This document shows, one piece after another, positions 33,450 through 43,299 of a DNA stretch of 64,000 bases (its first letter is position 1; the number at the start of each line of letters is the position of its first letter). The translations under genes and the position numbers were made by a program. The stretch is taken from positions 62,001-126,000 of IMG/VR virus record IMGVR_UViG_3300046003_007892. One strand, written 5' to 3'. The notes under the pieces are model-generated. The model saw only the letters and a list, made by a program, of their open reading frames with translations, was not told the DNA's origin and ran no database searches.

Positions 33450-33731
33450 CTAGATCGGTGCCGAATAGGCGAGCAGAAGGGCGGTTTCTCGCTCGTTGAG
33501 TTCGACGGCCTGAACGCCCCAGCCCTGCGAGAGCATCGACAGGTTGCAGAGAAGATCATGTTTCTCCTTGAGGATTGCTTCCGCTTCTTTCCGAGTCGGC
33601 ATCCCGCCGCGCCCCAGAATATCGACCGGCCAGTTCGTCCTTTCGATTTGGCGACGAGATGTCTCCACGTCGTCGCGAAGCCCCTTCATGATGGGCCCTC
33701 TGGTAAAATCTCCGGTGACGATCAGTTTCAC
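33450..33731 (-). CDS. hypothetical protein
   Basis: 93 aa. Confidence 0.6.
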   Translation of the reverse strand: MKLIVTGDFTRGPIMKGLRDDVETSRRQIERTNWPVDILGRGGMPTRKEAEAILKEKHDLLCNLSMLSQGWGVQAVELNERETALLLAYSAPI

Positions 33732-33797
33732 GGCCTGCCCTCTATGTGATCAGAACCCCTATCCCGTTGATCTATTCTTGTCAACTAAATAAGTACG

Positions 33798-34364
33798 ATG
33801 AGAACTCTCCGAACCTGCCTTGAATACGAGGCCACATGCAAACCTGAGATCGCCGACCTGATGGCACGGGCTGAATACCTCACCGATCATGAACTCCAGA
33901 CCGTCCAGGTTCCGCTACCGTGGTTTCGTGATGCCCTGCGGGAACTCCGCGACGAACTGAAGGGCCAGACGATCATGAAGATCACCGGGGCGGTCCTGAA
34001 TGACTACGTCACGATCTCGACCAACCCCGACCCCGAAGGCGTCACCTATCAATGGATGGGGATGGACACCTACGTCAAGGTCGGCAACACGCAACTGCTC
34101 CTCAAATATGGGGAGTATTTCTGGTTCGACCCCGAGGGCGGCGTCTGGCTCGACACCATCTACTGTCGGGTGCCCGACCCGATCTTGCGCGCCAGCCAGC
34201 CCGGTCGAATCGCGGTCATGACCCGCAGCCGCTATCAAGAAACCCTGCGGGCGGCCAGGAACAAGAACTGCCCCGCAAACGCACAGGTGATGGAGATCAG
34301 CGACGGTCGTCCCTCTGCTCTCGGTGGAGTCCTTGGACAGTTCGGCGTCCGTATCCAGCGATAA
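33798..34364 (+). CDS. late protein with capsid-targeting-like N-terminus
   Basis: TAAATA-N6-ATG; MRTLRTCLE. Confidence 0.7.
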   Translation: MRTLRTCLEYEATCKPEIADLMARAEYLTDHELQTVQVPLPWFRDALRELRDELKGQTIMKITGAVLNDYVTISTNPDPEGVTYQWMGMDTYVKVGNTQLLLKYGEYFWFDPEGGVWLDTIYCRVPDPILRASQPGRIAVMTRSRYQETLRAARNKNCPANAQVMEISDGRPSALGGVLGQFGVRIQR

Positions 34365-34371
34365 ATACGCC

Positions 34372-34974
34372 ATGCGCTGGATAGAGATCAACGAGGCCCG
34401 AGAGGCACCCCTCTACCATTTCATGGACGTCAAGAAGGCCATCGACGTCTTGTTGCACGACGCCATGCCCGCGAACTGGACCCACTACATCAATGATCAG
34501 CCGGTCAAGGGGAACAGTTTCACACGAAATCCCAGGTTTGAGATCGGCGGTCGCCCTGTCCGATTGATCATGAACCAGCACGCCCTGGCGGCGCGGCACA
34601 AGATCATCCCTCTCGACGGTGAGATCACCTTCCGGCATCCCAAGAACGACGAGGTCGGCTATGTCTCTGCCGACCCTTGGCCGCCCAAGAAACTGCACGG
34701 TTTCAAAGACCGCGTCATCAACTCCCGAAAACCTGGAGAAGATCGGGCCCTTCAGGAGGAGTTCGTCGTCGGCGACATCGCGCCTCTGGCCCGGATGATT
34801 GTCGAGATCGAGATTCTGAAGCCCAACTTCTATCACATGTCCGGCCAGCAGGCTTCCGACCTTCTCGACCTCGTTCGCAACTACGGTACAGAGCACAACG
34901 TCGCGACTAAAATCCATCCCGATTTCATTGAGCAAGTCAACGACATCAGGGAAATGTGGAGAGAAGAGGACTAG
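34372..34974 (+). CDS. late protein with capsid-targeting-like N-terminus, possibly ART-like
   Basis: TAAATA-N4-ATG; MRWIEINEA; LYHF..NSFTRN..QEE. Confidence 0.7.
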   Translation: MRWIEINEAREAPLYHFMDVKKAIDVLLHDAMPANWTHYINDQPVKGNSFTRNPRFEIGGRPVRLIMNQHALAARHKIIPLDGEITFRHPKNDEVGYVSADPWPPKKLHGFKDRVINSRKPGEDRALQEEFVVGDIAPLARMIVEIEILKPNFYHMSGQQASDLLDLVRNYGTEHNVATKIHPDFIEQVNDIREMWREED

Positions 34975-35561
34975 GCGAATGCCTTCCCGAGCAACATCCG
35001 CTTGGCGATGTATTTCTCGATGACGGGCTCAATCTCTGCATAGAAAGAGCCGAGGAGGTTTTTCTCCTCTTCATCCTCAATCGCCAGACTGGCGAACACA
35101 GACAGGACGGTGAAGAACTCCATGTAGTCGCCCGCGCTATCGGTCCCGACGATGGTGGGTGCCAACTCAACGGGCTTCGCCGCCGTCATGTTGGTCATGA
35201 CCGCGCGATGCATCATCTCGGTGCGATACATGAGATTGTAGTAGTTGGCCGCATGGTCGGCCTCAGCGAACGTGCTGTAGATTTCGACGTGATATTCGGC
35301 ATGGACCCTGATCGAAGTTCTCTCGACGGTTTTTGTCCAGCTTTGGTCCACCATGCCGCGCACGCGGTTCGCGTCGAAGATCACCGTCAGGTTGGCGTCG
35401 TGCTCGACCCGCTCGCCGATCTCATAGAAGGTCCAGACGGTGGGTTGCTTGCCGCCAAACTTTTTCTGCCGGACCATGATGTATCGACCGGGAACGAAAA
35501 GCTTCACCCGCTCGGCAAGCTCATCTTTGGTCAACGCTGGCTTACGTTCGTTCTCGAACAT
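34971..35561 (-). CDS. hypothetical protein
   Basis: 196 aa, coupled. Confidence 0.65.
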   Translation of the reverse strand: MFENERKPALTKDELAERVKLFVPGRYIMVRQKKFGGKQPTVWTFYEIGERVEHDANLTVIFDANRVRGMVDQSWTKTVERTSIRVHAEYHVEIYSTFAEADHAANYYNLMYRTEMMHRAVMTNMTAAKPVELAPTIVGTDSAGDYMEFFTVLSVFASLAIEDEEEKNLLGSFYAEIEPVIEKYIAKRMLLGKAFA

Positions 35562-36157
35562 CAGACTTCAATCTTACCTTCGAGGGCCATCCGCATGTGA
35601 AGCTGCGGGAAATCAATCGGCCGCAGGGCGACCGTGGTGGTGAAGAAATAGTCACGCCCCTCCTGTCTGAGGAAGGTGAACTCAATGACGTGCAGGCCGA
35701 GCAGAGTCAGGGCTTCCACGTAGGCGACGATGCGCGGAGTGTGGATGACGATGTTGGCCCGCACCTTCCAGCCGTTGCCTTCCATGTAGGGGAGACCGTT
35801 AAGAACCAGGGGTGCGCAATTCAAAGCCTTGCACCACTGGGGTTTTTTGGTCCCGTCTATGGATAGCTCAGCGGGCGGGTGACCAACCTTGGTGTACCGC
35901 TCCAGATATGGGGCATCAACGGCGGCAGTCAGGGCGGCGGAGGCAGCCTCGAAAATTTCGACGAAGTCGTGGCCCCGTTGTACTCGCTCGCGGGCCTCCA
36001 CGTAGGCCTTACGGCGCCGTCTTCCCTCGGCAGCGGTCAGAAGACCACCCTCGCGGCGAAGTTCCCAATTCCGAACCGCCACCTCCTTGAGGTGGTCACG
36101 ATAGCCGGGGAGCGTGTCGAACACGTAATGGTTCGCGGGGCTGCGCAAGAGGGTCAT
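35561..36157 (-). CDS. hypothetical protein
   Basis: 198 aa. Confidence 0.65.
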   Translation of the reverse strand: MTLLRSPANHYVFDTLPGYRDHLKEVAVRNWELRREGGLLTAAEGRRRRKAYVEARERVQRGHDFVEIFEAASAALTAAVDAPYLERYTKVGHPPAELSIDGTKKPQWCKALNCAPLVLNGLPYMEGNGWKVRANIVIHTPRIVAYVEALTLLGLHVIEFTFLRQEGRDYFFTTTVALRPIDFPQLHMRMALEGKIEV

Positions 36158-36188
36158 CGGTCTCTAATATTCGGTAAACCGAAAATGG

Positions 36189-36722
36189 TCAATCTTTTAG
36201 GAAGTCGTGAACCGACAGACCATACGCGAGAGAATTGATGCGGTGGACACCGATCAAGTAGAGGCAATAGGACGCCACAGACGAGCCGCGCCCCACACCC
36301 CACACGATTTTGTTCTGACGAAAATGATCTACCAGATACATCATCAGTTGAAGGAGAGACGTGAGGTCTCTGGCCTCGAACAGGTCCATCTCTTCATTGA
36401 CGCGGTCTCGTTCATCGTCCGTTTTGCACAGGCTGATGAGAAAGGGGCGAACTTCAATGTTGCGAATATCATCGCTGATCATCCACGTGTGTGAACGGCG
36501 ACTGTGCTCTTCTTCTGGAGAATGATCTGGCGTATCCGGCAGCGCGATGACGACCTCTCGCTTGTCGAACTCAGCGCACACGGCGTTGAACTGTTCGATC
36601 AGCGGGCTGTCGTCCATCGGCAGACTGAACACATCATAGCCCGAGTAGGCGATCTCGAAAGCCGCCTCCGGGTTCAGAATGACGCGCCCCCAATCGTCGG
36701 TGCGCTTGATCTTCGCCGTCAT
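36189..36722 (-). CDS. stand-alone DnaE (Pol III alpha) palm-entry fragment
   Basis: VWGVGRGSSVASYCLYLIGVH.I. Confidence 0.75.
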   Translation of the reverse strand: MTAKIKRTDDWGRVILNPEAAFEIAYSGYDVFSLPMDDSPLIEQFNAVCAEFDKREVVIALPDTPDHSPEEEHSRRSHTWMISDDIRNIEVRPFLISLCKTDDERDRVNEEMDLFEARDLTSLLQLMMYLVDHFRQNKIVWGVGRGSSVASYCLYLIGVHRINSLAYGLSVHDFLKD

Positions 36723-36865
36723 GTCTTCCCTCGTTGCTTGGACCTTTCGAGCACGTCTTCGAGATTTTCAAAGGCGGCCCGAACATCTGGGTCCCGGCTC
36801 ATGAGAGCCGCGAGGACACTATACAGGCGACGGGTGTCTCTTTCCGAAATTATTGTTTCATTCAT
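36719..36865 (-). CDS. 48 aa hypothetical protein (not in ORF track)
   Basis: fills gap, ATGA coupling. Confidence 0.5.
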   Translation of the reverse strand: MNETIISERDTRRLYSVLAALMSRDPDVRAAFENLEDVLERSKQRGKT

Positions 36866-37571
36866 CCGGTTTCGGCGGCTTCTTCCCGCCTTCAATGACC
36901 GTGGGCTTGAACTCGCGGACGGTTGAATCGCGGGCCCCGGTTACCTTGGTGCGTGAGGGACGGTCGATGAAGTCCAGCGAATATGCCCAGCCGGGCTTCT
37001 CGCTTAGGTCGGCTCCTTCTGGCGCGGTGACGTCAAGGGTCGAGGCGTCGGAGCGGGTCCACCACGGCGAGTTGAAGTGCGTCGGGCCATTGACCCAGTT
37101 CTCCATCTCTTTCGGAAGCGTTGACGAGTGGTCACCAGCGAGGGTGAATGACAGGCCGATCAGGTTGTCGGACTTGACCTCAATAGAGCCGACATTGATC
37201 GCGCCCTGGCCGAGCGAGTTCATCTTGGCCTGGAACAGGGTCCCCATGAGTTCGTCGCTGGGGTCGCCGGGCGTCAGCAGGAAGAGGTTGTTGGTCCGGT
37301 TGACGCCATTTTGATCAATGAGCATCGTGAACGCGTTTTCGTTGTCGCGGTCGAACGCGATGCATTTCGAAACCACGTTGTCGAACCAGTATTTGCATCG
37401 ATTCAGGGCGGCCTCGATCAGGCCTTCGTCGATGTCTTCTGCGCCCCGCTCAATAGCGGTCGCGATGGAGAAAGTCGTGGGGAGGAATACGTTTCCAATC
37501 AGCCTGACGATGCTTACATCGAAGGAGTAGGTGACGTAAATTTCGAGTTCGTCTTCGTCATCGTCAATCAT
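36858..37571 (-). CDS. hypothetical protein
   Basis: MIDDDEDEL. Confidence 0.7.
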   Translation of the reverse strand: MIDDDEDELEIYVTYSFDVSIVRLIGNVFLPTTFSIATAIERGAEDIDEGLIEAALNRCKYWFDNVVSKCIAFDRDNENAFTMLIDQNGVNRTNNLFLLTPGDPSDELMGTLFQAKMNSLGQGAINVGSIEVKSDNLIGLSFTLAGDHSSTLPKEMENWVNGPTHFNSPWWTRSDASTLDVTAPEGADLSEKPGWAYSLDFIDRPSRTKVTGARDSTVREFKPTVIEGGKKPPKPDE

Positions 37572-37581
37572 AATGTTCCAG

Positions 37582-37950
37582 TCAATCGTTTTGGGGTTTG
37601 GCGGATGGCCGCAGCCGTTCTTTGGCGGTCGGCACAATAGGGACTCGCCGAGATGTGGTCTTGGGTTGCGCGGCGACCTGGGCTGCCTCGACTTTCTGTT
37701 TTTCGATGAGGGCGAGATCGGGGTCGGTCTCGATGACGACATTTCGCGTCGCCATGGCGCGCTGACGACTGCCAATCATGCGGTCTCGCTGTTCGAACTC
37801 AATGGCGACCTTCATGCGTTGCAGGCCGGTCAGCATGTCTGCACTCCCAAATCGGGCGGCCCACACCATCTTGCCTGTGACTTGGTTCCATTTTTCAAGT
37901 AGTTCATCGTCCGAAAAATCGGTTGGCGTGAACCCAAATAGGTCAAACAT
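37582..37950 (-). CDS. late hypothetical protein
   Basis: MFDLFGF; TAAATA upstream. Confidence 0.65.
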   Translation of the reverse strand: MFDLFGFTPTDFSDDELLEKWNQVTGKMVWAARFGSADMLTGLQRMKVAIEFEQRDRMIGSRQRAMATRNVVIETDPDLALIEKQKVEAAQVAAQPKTTSRRVPIVPTAKERLRPSAKPQND

Positions 37951-38008
37951 CAAATACTCCAGAGACCAAAATACGAGTTTACTCGATGGTCTGCAATATT
38001 TAGTCCGC

Positions 38009-38254
38009 CTATTTCTTCTTAGGTTTCGAAGGTTGGGCCGGAGGAGCGAATGCGGGATTGACGATCTTGTATGGGTTGCCACATTCCTCGCAATAAAACT
38101 CGATCACTCTGAAGATCATTTTTGAGAAAGTGAGTTCCGAAGAGGTGGAGCAGCAAGGACACGTGAACCGGACGGGTCCAAGATGCATCTTCCGTAGATG
38201 CTCGGGAGCGGATGCCTTAACAGACCCTGTTATCGGAAAAGGGATGATATCCAT
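38009..38254 (-). CDS. Zn-ribbon protein
   Basis: CPCC..CEEC; TAAATA upstream. Confidence 0.65.
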   Translation of the reverse strand: MDIIPFPITGSVKASAPEHLRKMHLGPVRFTCPCCSTSSELTFSKMIFRVIEFYCEECGNPYKIVNPAFAPPAQPSKPKKK

Positions 38255-38319
38255 CTCAAAACACTACTCTCACTCCGTGTGTGAAAGTATTTAGATGGAG
38301 GTCATGAACAGTTTTATCC

Positions 38320-40269
38320 CTACTGATCAGCATCGAAGGAGATTATTCCGAAGCCTCCGGCATCGAACGTTGTTTCTCCGCCATCGAACATGGTCTCGTT
38401 GATTATCTCCTGCTCGAAAATGACGTAGCGAACGAACTTAAGAACATAGCCGACAGGGTAAAGACCCTGCGCTGCATTGAGACTCTCAGCCAGCGCGGCT
38501 CCCTTACCCGGCGCAACGAAACAGACCACCATGGCTGGCGTGTATCCCATGACGCTGTTTGGGTCGTTGGCTATCTGACGCGAGCGCATCCATTCCGGTA
38601 GGCCCTCTACGCCGTTCGGGCCGGTCACGTATCGGAGAGACGACGACGCGGTCGAGAACCCGATGTCCTTGACCATGTCATAACGGATATTCCTCAGGCT
38701 GCGGGGGAAGATGAACTTGGTCTGTCCTGGCTTACTCTGAGGCCAAGCCACGCGGTCCTCCACGACGGTATCTCCTGGACGGAAGCCGCCAGCGTTCTTC
38801 AAGGGGTCCAGGATTTCCCGATATACGACCTCATATTTGACCCGTTGGTTGGCATCGCGACATACCGCTACCACGTGACGACCCAGCGTGAGCTTAACCT
38901 CGCCATGGTAGTCGTTGTCCACGACGCCATTGACGCCGTTGCCTGACGTGGCGACATCAAGGCTCGATACGCTTAGCCCTTTGATCAGGTATATGGTTGG
39001 CGTTCTCTGGATGCCGAAGTTGATGTCTCCAATACGATAGACGTCGTTCTCGGGAATAAGGCCATTGTATTGGCTCGTCCAGGCGGTTGCTTGCGCATTG
39101 GACGCCCGGAAACGGATATCCATGACGTCATCACCAGAATAGATGTTCTTCACCCGGATTTCGAATTCTCGTTCCTGATAGACGTCGCCAGAGAACGCCC
39201 TAACGCGGAACGGATAGGCGGTGTCTCGTGGAACATGCTTGGTCGTGCCCCTGATCTGACCATTGGCCGACAGAGACAGGCCCGCTGGAAGCGGGAGACT
39301 GGATGGCGACAGGCTGTATTGGACGGGCAACGTATTGGTGGCTTCGACCCGAAGATCGGACGCCATGCCTTCGCGAAGCTCACCAAGAAATCCCTCCGGG
39401 GTCACCCAATCAATCGAGGACGGTTGCGTAACTAGGCTTGAGAGCACGGGGGAGACTCTGATTTCGCAATACTCGCGGTCGGCCGTTTGGCCAACGAACC
39501 CGAGGCGGAAGACGTATCTGCCGGGCGCGTTGTCGGGATGGATTACGCCTTGCAGGGTGGTGCCCTTCAGTACGATGCCCCTCGGGAGGCCATCATTGAC
39601 AATGGACGTGCCAAGACCATTGGAGAGCACTTCAATGGCCAGGGGTTCCCCGTCAGGGTCGGTGCCGCTGAAGGAGGATGAGAAACCTACGGCGCGGTCG
39701 AGGGTCCCTAGAGGCCTGTAGGAGACGCCCAAAAGAGGGTCGAAGACCGAGTCGGGGAAGGTGCCGGGAACCCAGGTGGACGGGCTGTCCAGCGGCGTAG
39801 CGTTGATGAAGAATGCTCGGTCGCGGATTTCGGCGGCAACCTTGGCCCTTAGGGTGAAGCGGAACGTGATCTGTTCGGTGCCCGACATGTTTCCAGTCAT
39901 GCCCTGGAGACGACCCCCAGACGAGATCGTCAATCCCGGTGGTAGTGTACCCCGCAGAAGCACGACATCTGGGCGGTTGCCGCTCGCCTCAATTGTGATG
40001 CGGTCGGGCAATCCAAGACCGGCTAGATTCAACGAGAGCTTTTTGCCGTTCCGAGTGATTCTCCCCCCATCTAGGGCGACCGAATTGACGGTGACGGATT
40101 GAACCTCCGTAGCCTGCACGTTCAAAATGATGTCGATGGTATCGGCATAATTGAGAACGGTGTGGCCGACCGAGATGGTTTCGACCAAACGATTCACGTT
40201 TTCACCCTCCGAGATGGTGGGTCCAACGGGGACGTCAGAGGAAGCTATCCATCGGGGTTCAAGTTTCAT
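38320..40269 (-). CDS. virion structural protein with Ig-like repeats (baseplate-like)
   Basis: LPPGLTISSGG and LPAGLSLSANG repeats; late promoter at 40418. Confidence 0.7.
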   Translation of the reverse strand: MKLEPRWIASSDVPVGPTISEGENVNRLVETISVGHTVLNYADTIDIILNVQATEVQSVTVNSVALDGGRITRNGKKLSLNLAGLGLPDRITIEASGNRPDVVLLRGTLPPGLTISSGGRLQGMTGNMSGTEQITFRFTLRAKVAAEIRDRAFFINATPLDSPSTWVPGTFPDSVFDPLLGVSYRPLGTLDRAVGFSSSFSGTDPDGEPLAIEVLSNGLGTSIVNDGLPRGIVLKGTTLQGVIHPDNAPGRYVFRLGFVGQTADREYCEIRVSPVLSSLVTQPSSIDWVTPEGFLGELREGMASDLRVEATNTLPVQYSLSPSSLPLPAGLSLSANGQIRGTTKHVPRDTAYPFRVRAFSGDVYQEREFEIRVKNIYSGDDVMDIRFRASNAQATAWTSQYNGLIPENDVYRIGDINFGIQRTPTIYLIKGLSVSSLDVATSGNGVNGVVDNDYHGEVKLTLGRHVVAVCRDANQRVKYEVVYREILDPLKNAGGFRPGDTVVEDRVAWPQSKPGQTKFIFPRSLRNIRYDMVKDIGFSTASSSLRYVTGPNGVEGLPEWMRSRQIANDPNSVMGYTPAMVVCFVAPGKGAALAESLNAAQGLYPVGYVLKFVRYVIFEQEIINETMFDGGETTFDAGGFGIISFDADQ

Positions 40270-40707
40270 CGGGTCTTTCTGCCTTTAGGCGCGTGACTTA
40301 GGGGAAACATTCTCCCCCGAACTGGGTAATTTTCGATCAGAACTCGCGTTTCCGGCGTCCTATACGCTCACTGGCTAACGATTATTGAAAGAAAGTTAAC
40401 GCTCTCCGGTCTCAGAATATTTATGCCGAATCAAAGAGTTAGGTTTTGGTTTACCAAGCTGTGGTTGTAGCTAACCCGAAATGGTAGAACAAAAAAATGC
40501 CGAGGCTGGTTGTCAGGCCACTGAAATCCCAGTAAGTTCGTCTCAATCAGCAGCGTCGATCACGGCTTGTTTCGGGGATTAAAACCTCCGAGGTGAACCA
40601 AATCGACAACGCTGGGGGAACTTTCGGCCATGGTGGCTGTTAGACGATGACGTGGTGGTCTTGGTGGTGGCCGCCCCACACATCGAGAAGTCAGGTCTAG
40701 AATACCA

Positions 40708-41427
40708 ATGAGCCAGATGAGCCCATTCAAGCTAACCTTCAACAAGCCCGCCGTTCAATCCTTCTTCGAAGGCGAAGACGCAGATGGCCTGAAGGTTGGA
40801 ATCGAGCAGAACGCCGTGGTCTTCACTCCGGTAAACGGGTCCAAGGACTCGGACGTCATTCCTCTACTTGAGCGAACGCGAGGCGGCGTCGAAGCCGTTG
40901 TCGAGGGCAGGATGGCCGCTCAACTCGCCATGGCTCTGGAGAACCCTCACGGGTCATTCTTCACCCTCAAACGCATGAAGGGCGGCGCCGTTCAGGCAGT
41001 TCCTTACGCCTCCGCTGACGCCCCGTCGAAGTTCACCCCGCATATGCGGGCTTGGCTTCCGAAAACGATGGACACCGAAGGTGCCCCGGCTGTGATGCCA
41101 AACATCGACGAGTTCCCCCGATTCCTCGAAGGTGTGCGGGCCGCCAAGCGGTTGGTCGATGAACACTCCACGGTCAAGCGCGCCGGTCGCCCCTCTCGGG
41201 AAGTCAGCGAGGCCCGTCGTCTCCTGGCCCAGTTCAGCGAACTCTCGCAGGAGATCATCCCCACCGTCTCGAACGACGAAGGTTTGCTCCGGCAGGCTCA
41301 CGAGCTTCTCGGCTCGATAGTTGCGGGGACCGTGACTCCGAAGGCCCACGTGGGTCGCCGACACAAGGCTCCGATCAGGAAGCCGAGCGCGCGGCGTACC
41401 ACGACGGAAGCGCACGCAACGGCGTAG
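40708..41427 (+). CDS. hypothetical protein
   Basis: 239 aa. Confidence 0.7.
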   Translation: MSQMSPFKLTFNKPAVQSFFEGEDADGLKVGIEQNAVVFTPVNGSKDSDVIPLLERTRGGVEAVVEGRMAAQLAMALENPHGSFFTLKRMKGGAVQAVPYASADAPSKFTPHMRAWLPKTMDTEGAPAVMPNIDEFPRFLEGVRAAKRLVDEHSTVKRAGRPSREVSEARRLLAQFSELSQEIIPTVSNDEGLLRQAHELLGSIVAGTVTPKAHVGRRHKAPIRKPSARRTTTEAHATA

Positions 41428-41499
41428 GCGAATCAAACCTTGACGAGTATTCGTGTCGGGAGTAAAGCTCTCGGCACGAATATTTGTTTGGGGGACCCG

Positions 41500-41877
41500 A
41501 TGCGCATTCAGTTGAACGAAGACGGCACTCTGGCGTCGCCGACTGATTGCGAAGAAGCGTCCAATGACGAGCGCGTCTTCTACGGAGCGCAGAGCTTTCG
41601 CAACGGCATCATCTACCCGACCTCGTTCGATGACGGCGAGATATGCGTCATTTTCGATTGCGATGTCGCTCCTACCAGCCACTCGGCCACGTTCCTCCGC
41701 AAGCTCCTCGACCTCAAGGTCGTCTGGCGCGGAGAAGAGTTCAACTACATCGACCTCGAACAAAAAACCTGGAAGGCTCCGAACGGAGACGTCCCATACC
41801 TGAGCAGCATCGATGTCTTCAGGGAACACACCTATACGACCGTTTGTCTGTGGTTCGCGAGACCTCGTGTAGATTAA
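41500..41877 (+). CDS. hypothetical protein
   Basis: MRIQLNED with GGGGA SD. Confidence 0.65.
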   Translation: MRIQLNEDGTLASPTDCEEASNDERVFYGAQSFRNGIIYPTSFDDGEICVIFDCDVAPTSHSATFLRKLLDLKVVWRGEEFNYIDLEQKTWKAPNGDVPYLSSIDVFREHTYTTVCLWFARPRVD

Positions 41878-41930
41878 ACTCGGACTACGAAAATATTGAC
41901 CCAGAAGGGCACCATGACCGATAGTAAGTC

Positions 41931-42737
41931 ATGGCAATACCTCCTCGCGGACGCGGTTCTCACGTAACGAAACTCGGGACCGGGTCCTCTCTCGGCACGA
42001 CCACTCCCTCGGCTCCGTTGAAGGTGGTCAACAAACGCGTCATGCCGACCAAGATTGCGTCGAACATCGTCGGCGTGTCTCCGATGATGCCGCCGTCTAA
42101 GGGCATCCAAAAACTCAGACAAGCCTTCAAGAAACGCCCGCACGTTCGCAAGCGCGCTCCGATCAACAGCGACGCCGCCGACAATCCTACGCTCCGGCCA
42201 ATAAGAGCGGTCGGGCAGATCAGCAAACCGGCCGCGAACAAAGCGATCTCGATCAAGGATTCGGCCAAGGCCAATCAGGAATATTATGCCTTCATCGTCC
42301 AGAACGCCTACGGGTCCTGGCGATTTGCTCGGGTCAACAACGGCAGCATGGACTGCTACAACTGCCCCTACCTTTTCCCGAAATCATCCCTTCCTGAGAT
42401 GATCGAAATCTGGAAGAGGGTCGTAATCGACAATGCGGTGCCGTGGGACGAGACAGTGGTCTCCACGACCCTCCGCATCATCAGCTACAGCATTGGCTGT
42501 CAGGACTCGACTGACGAGCTTCTGGAGGGCAGCGAGGACGCACAGGCTCTGAAGAAGAGATCAGCAATGGCTCGTCTCACCGATGCCGAGGCCAAAATGC
42601 TCGGTTTGGAGACCGAGAAAGCCACCCAGGTTCTTTTCTCGGAGCCCGATCTGTCCCAGCACGATATGCAAATCCTGCGCAGCCTCGCAGACGACCAGCT
42701 TGAGTTCAACCTCGAAGAGGTCATCAAGGTAGGTTAG
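41931..42737 (+). CDS. hypothetical protein
   Basis: 268 aa. Confidence 0.65.
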   Translation: MAIPPRGRGSHVTKLGTGSSLGTTTPSAPLKVVNKRVMPTKIASNIVGVSPMMPPSKGIQKLRQAFKKRPHVRKRAPINSDAADNPTLRPIRAVGQISKPAANKAISIKDSAKANQEYYAFIVQNAYGSWRFARVNNGSMDCYNCPYLFPKSSLPEMIEIWKRVVIDNAVPWDETVVSTTLRIISYSIGCQDSTDELLEGSEDAQALKKRSAMARLTDAEAKMLGLETEKATQVLFSEPDLSQHDMQILRSLADDQLEFNLEEVIKVG

Positions 42738-42756
42738 TCGCGGTCATAAATAGGTC

Positions 42757-43299
42757 ATGGCCGATCTCGATCTCGAACAGATTCACGACTCTCCGCACCT
42801 CTTGGACATCCTTCTCCAGATGGAAGACGTCCTCGACAGCATGGACCTTTATGTTTTCCGCAACTGGCTGAAGGGCGAAGTTGCCGAAGGACCGAATGTC
42901 CGTCGCTACTGGCTCGATTTTACCCTTCGATATGCCCACAAGGATATGCCTGACCCCCGTGGTGCCTTGCGGTTGCTCAAGCACGGTATCCGGGTCGATT
43001 ACCAAAAGGGACGCCAGGAAAACACCGAGAGTGACGAAGAGTTCGAGGGCGACGAGCCCCGCGAAGAAGACCTGATGTGGCTGGTAAAAATCAGCATCCC
43101 GCGTCGTCTGGTGGTCCAGATGGATGCGGCCGAGCACGATTTCTACGACGACGAGATCGACATCGATCAGGTCGAAGACGCCAAGGACGACGGCATGGAC
43201 GACGAGTCCGGCTTCGATGGCGAGGAGCAAACCGAAGAAGGCGGGGCGCCGCCGCCTCCTGGACCGGATGGCGAACCCGCAGAGGAGCCCGCACGATGA
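42757..43299 (+). CDS. late acidic hypothetical protein
   Basis: TAAATA-N4-ATG; MPDPRGALRL. Confidence 0.75.
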   Translation: MADLDLEQIHDSPHLLDILLQMEDVLDSMDLYVFRNWLKGEVAEGPNVRRYWLDFTLRYAHKDMPDPRGALRLLKHGIRVDYQKGRQENTESDEEFEGDEPREEDLMWLVKISIPRRLVVQMDAAEHDFYDDEIDIDQVEDAKDDGMDDESGFDGEEQTEEGGAPPPPGPDGEPAEEPAR

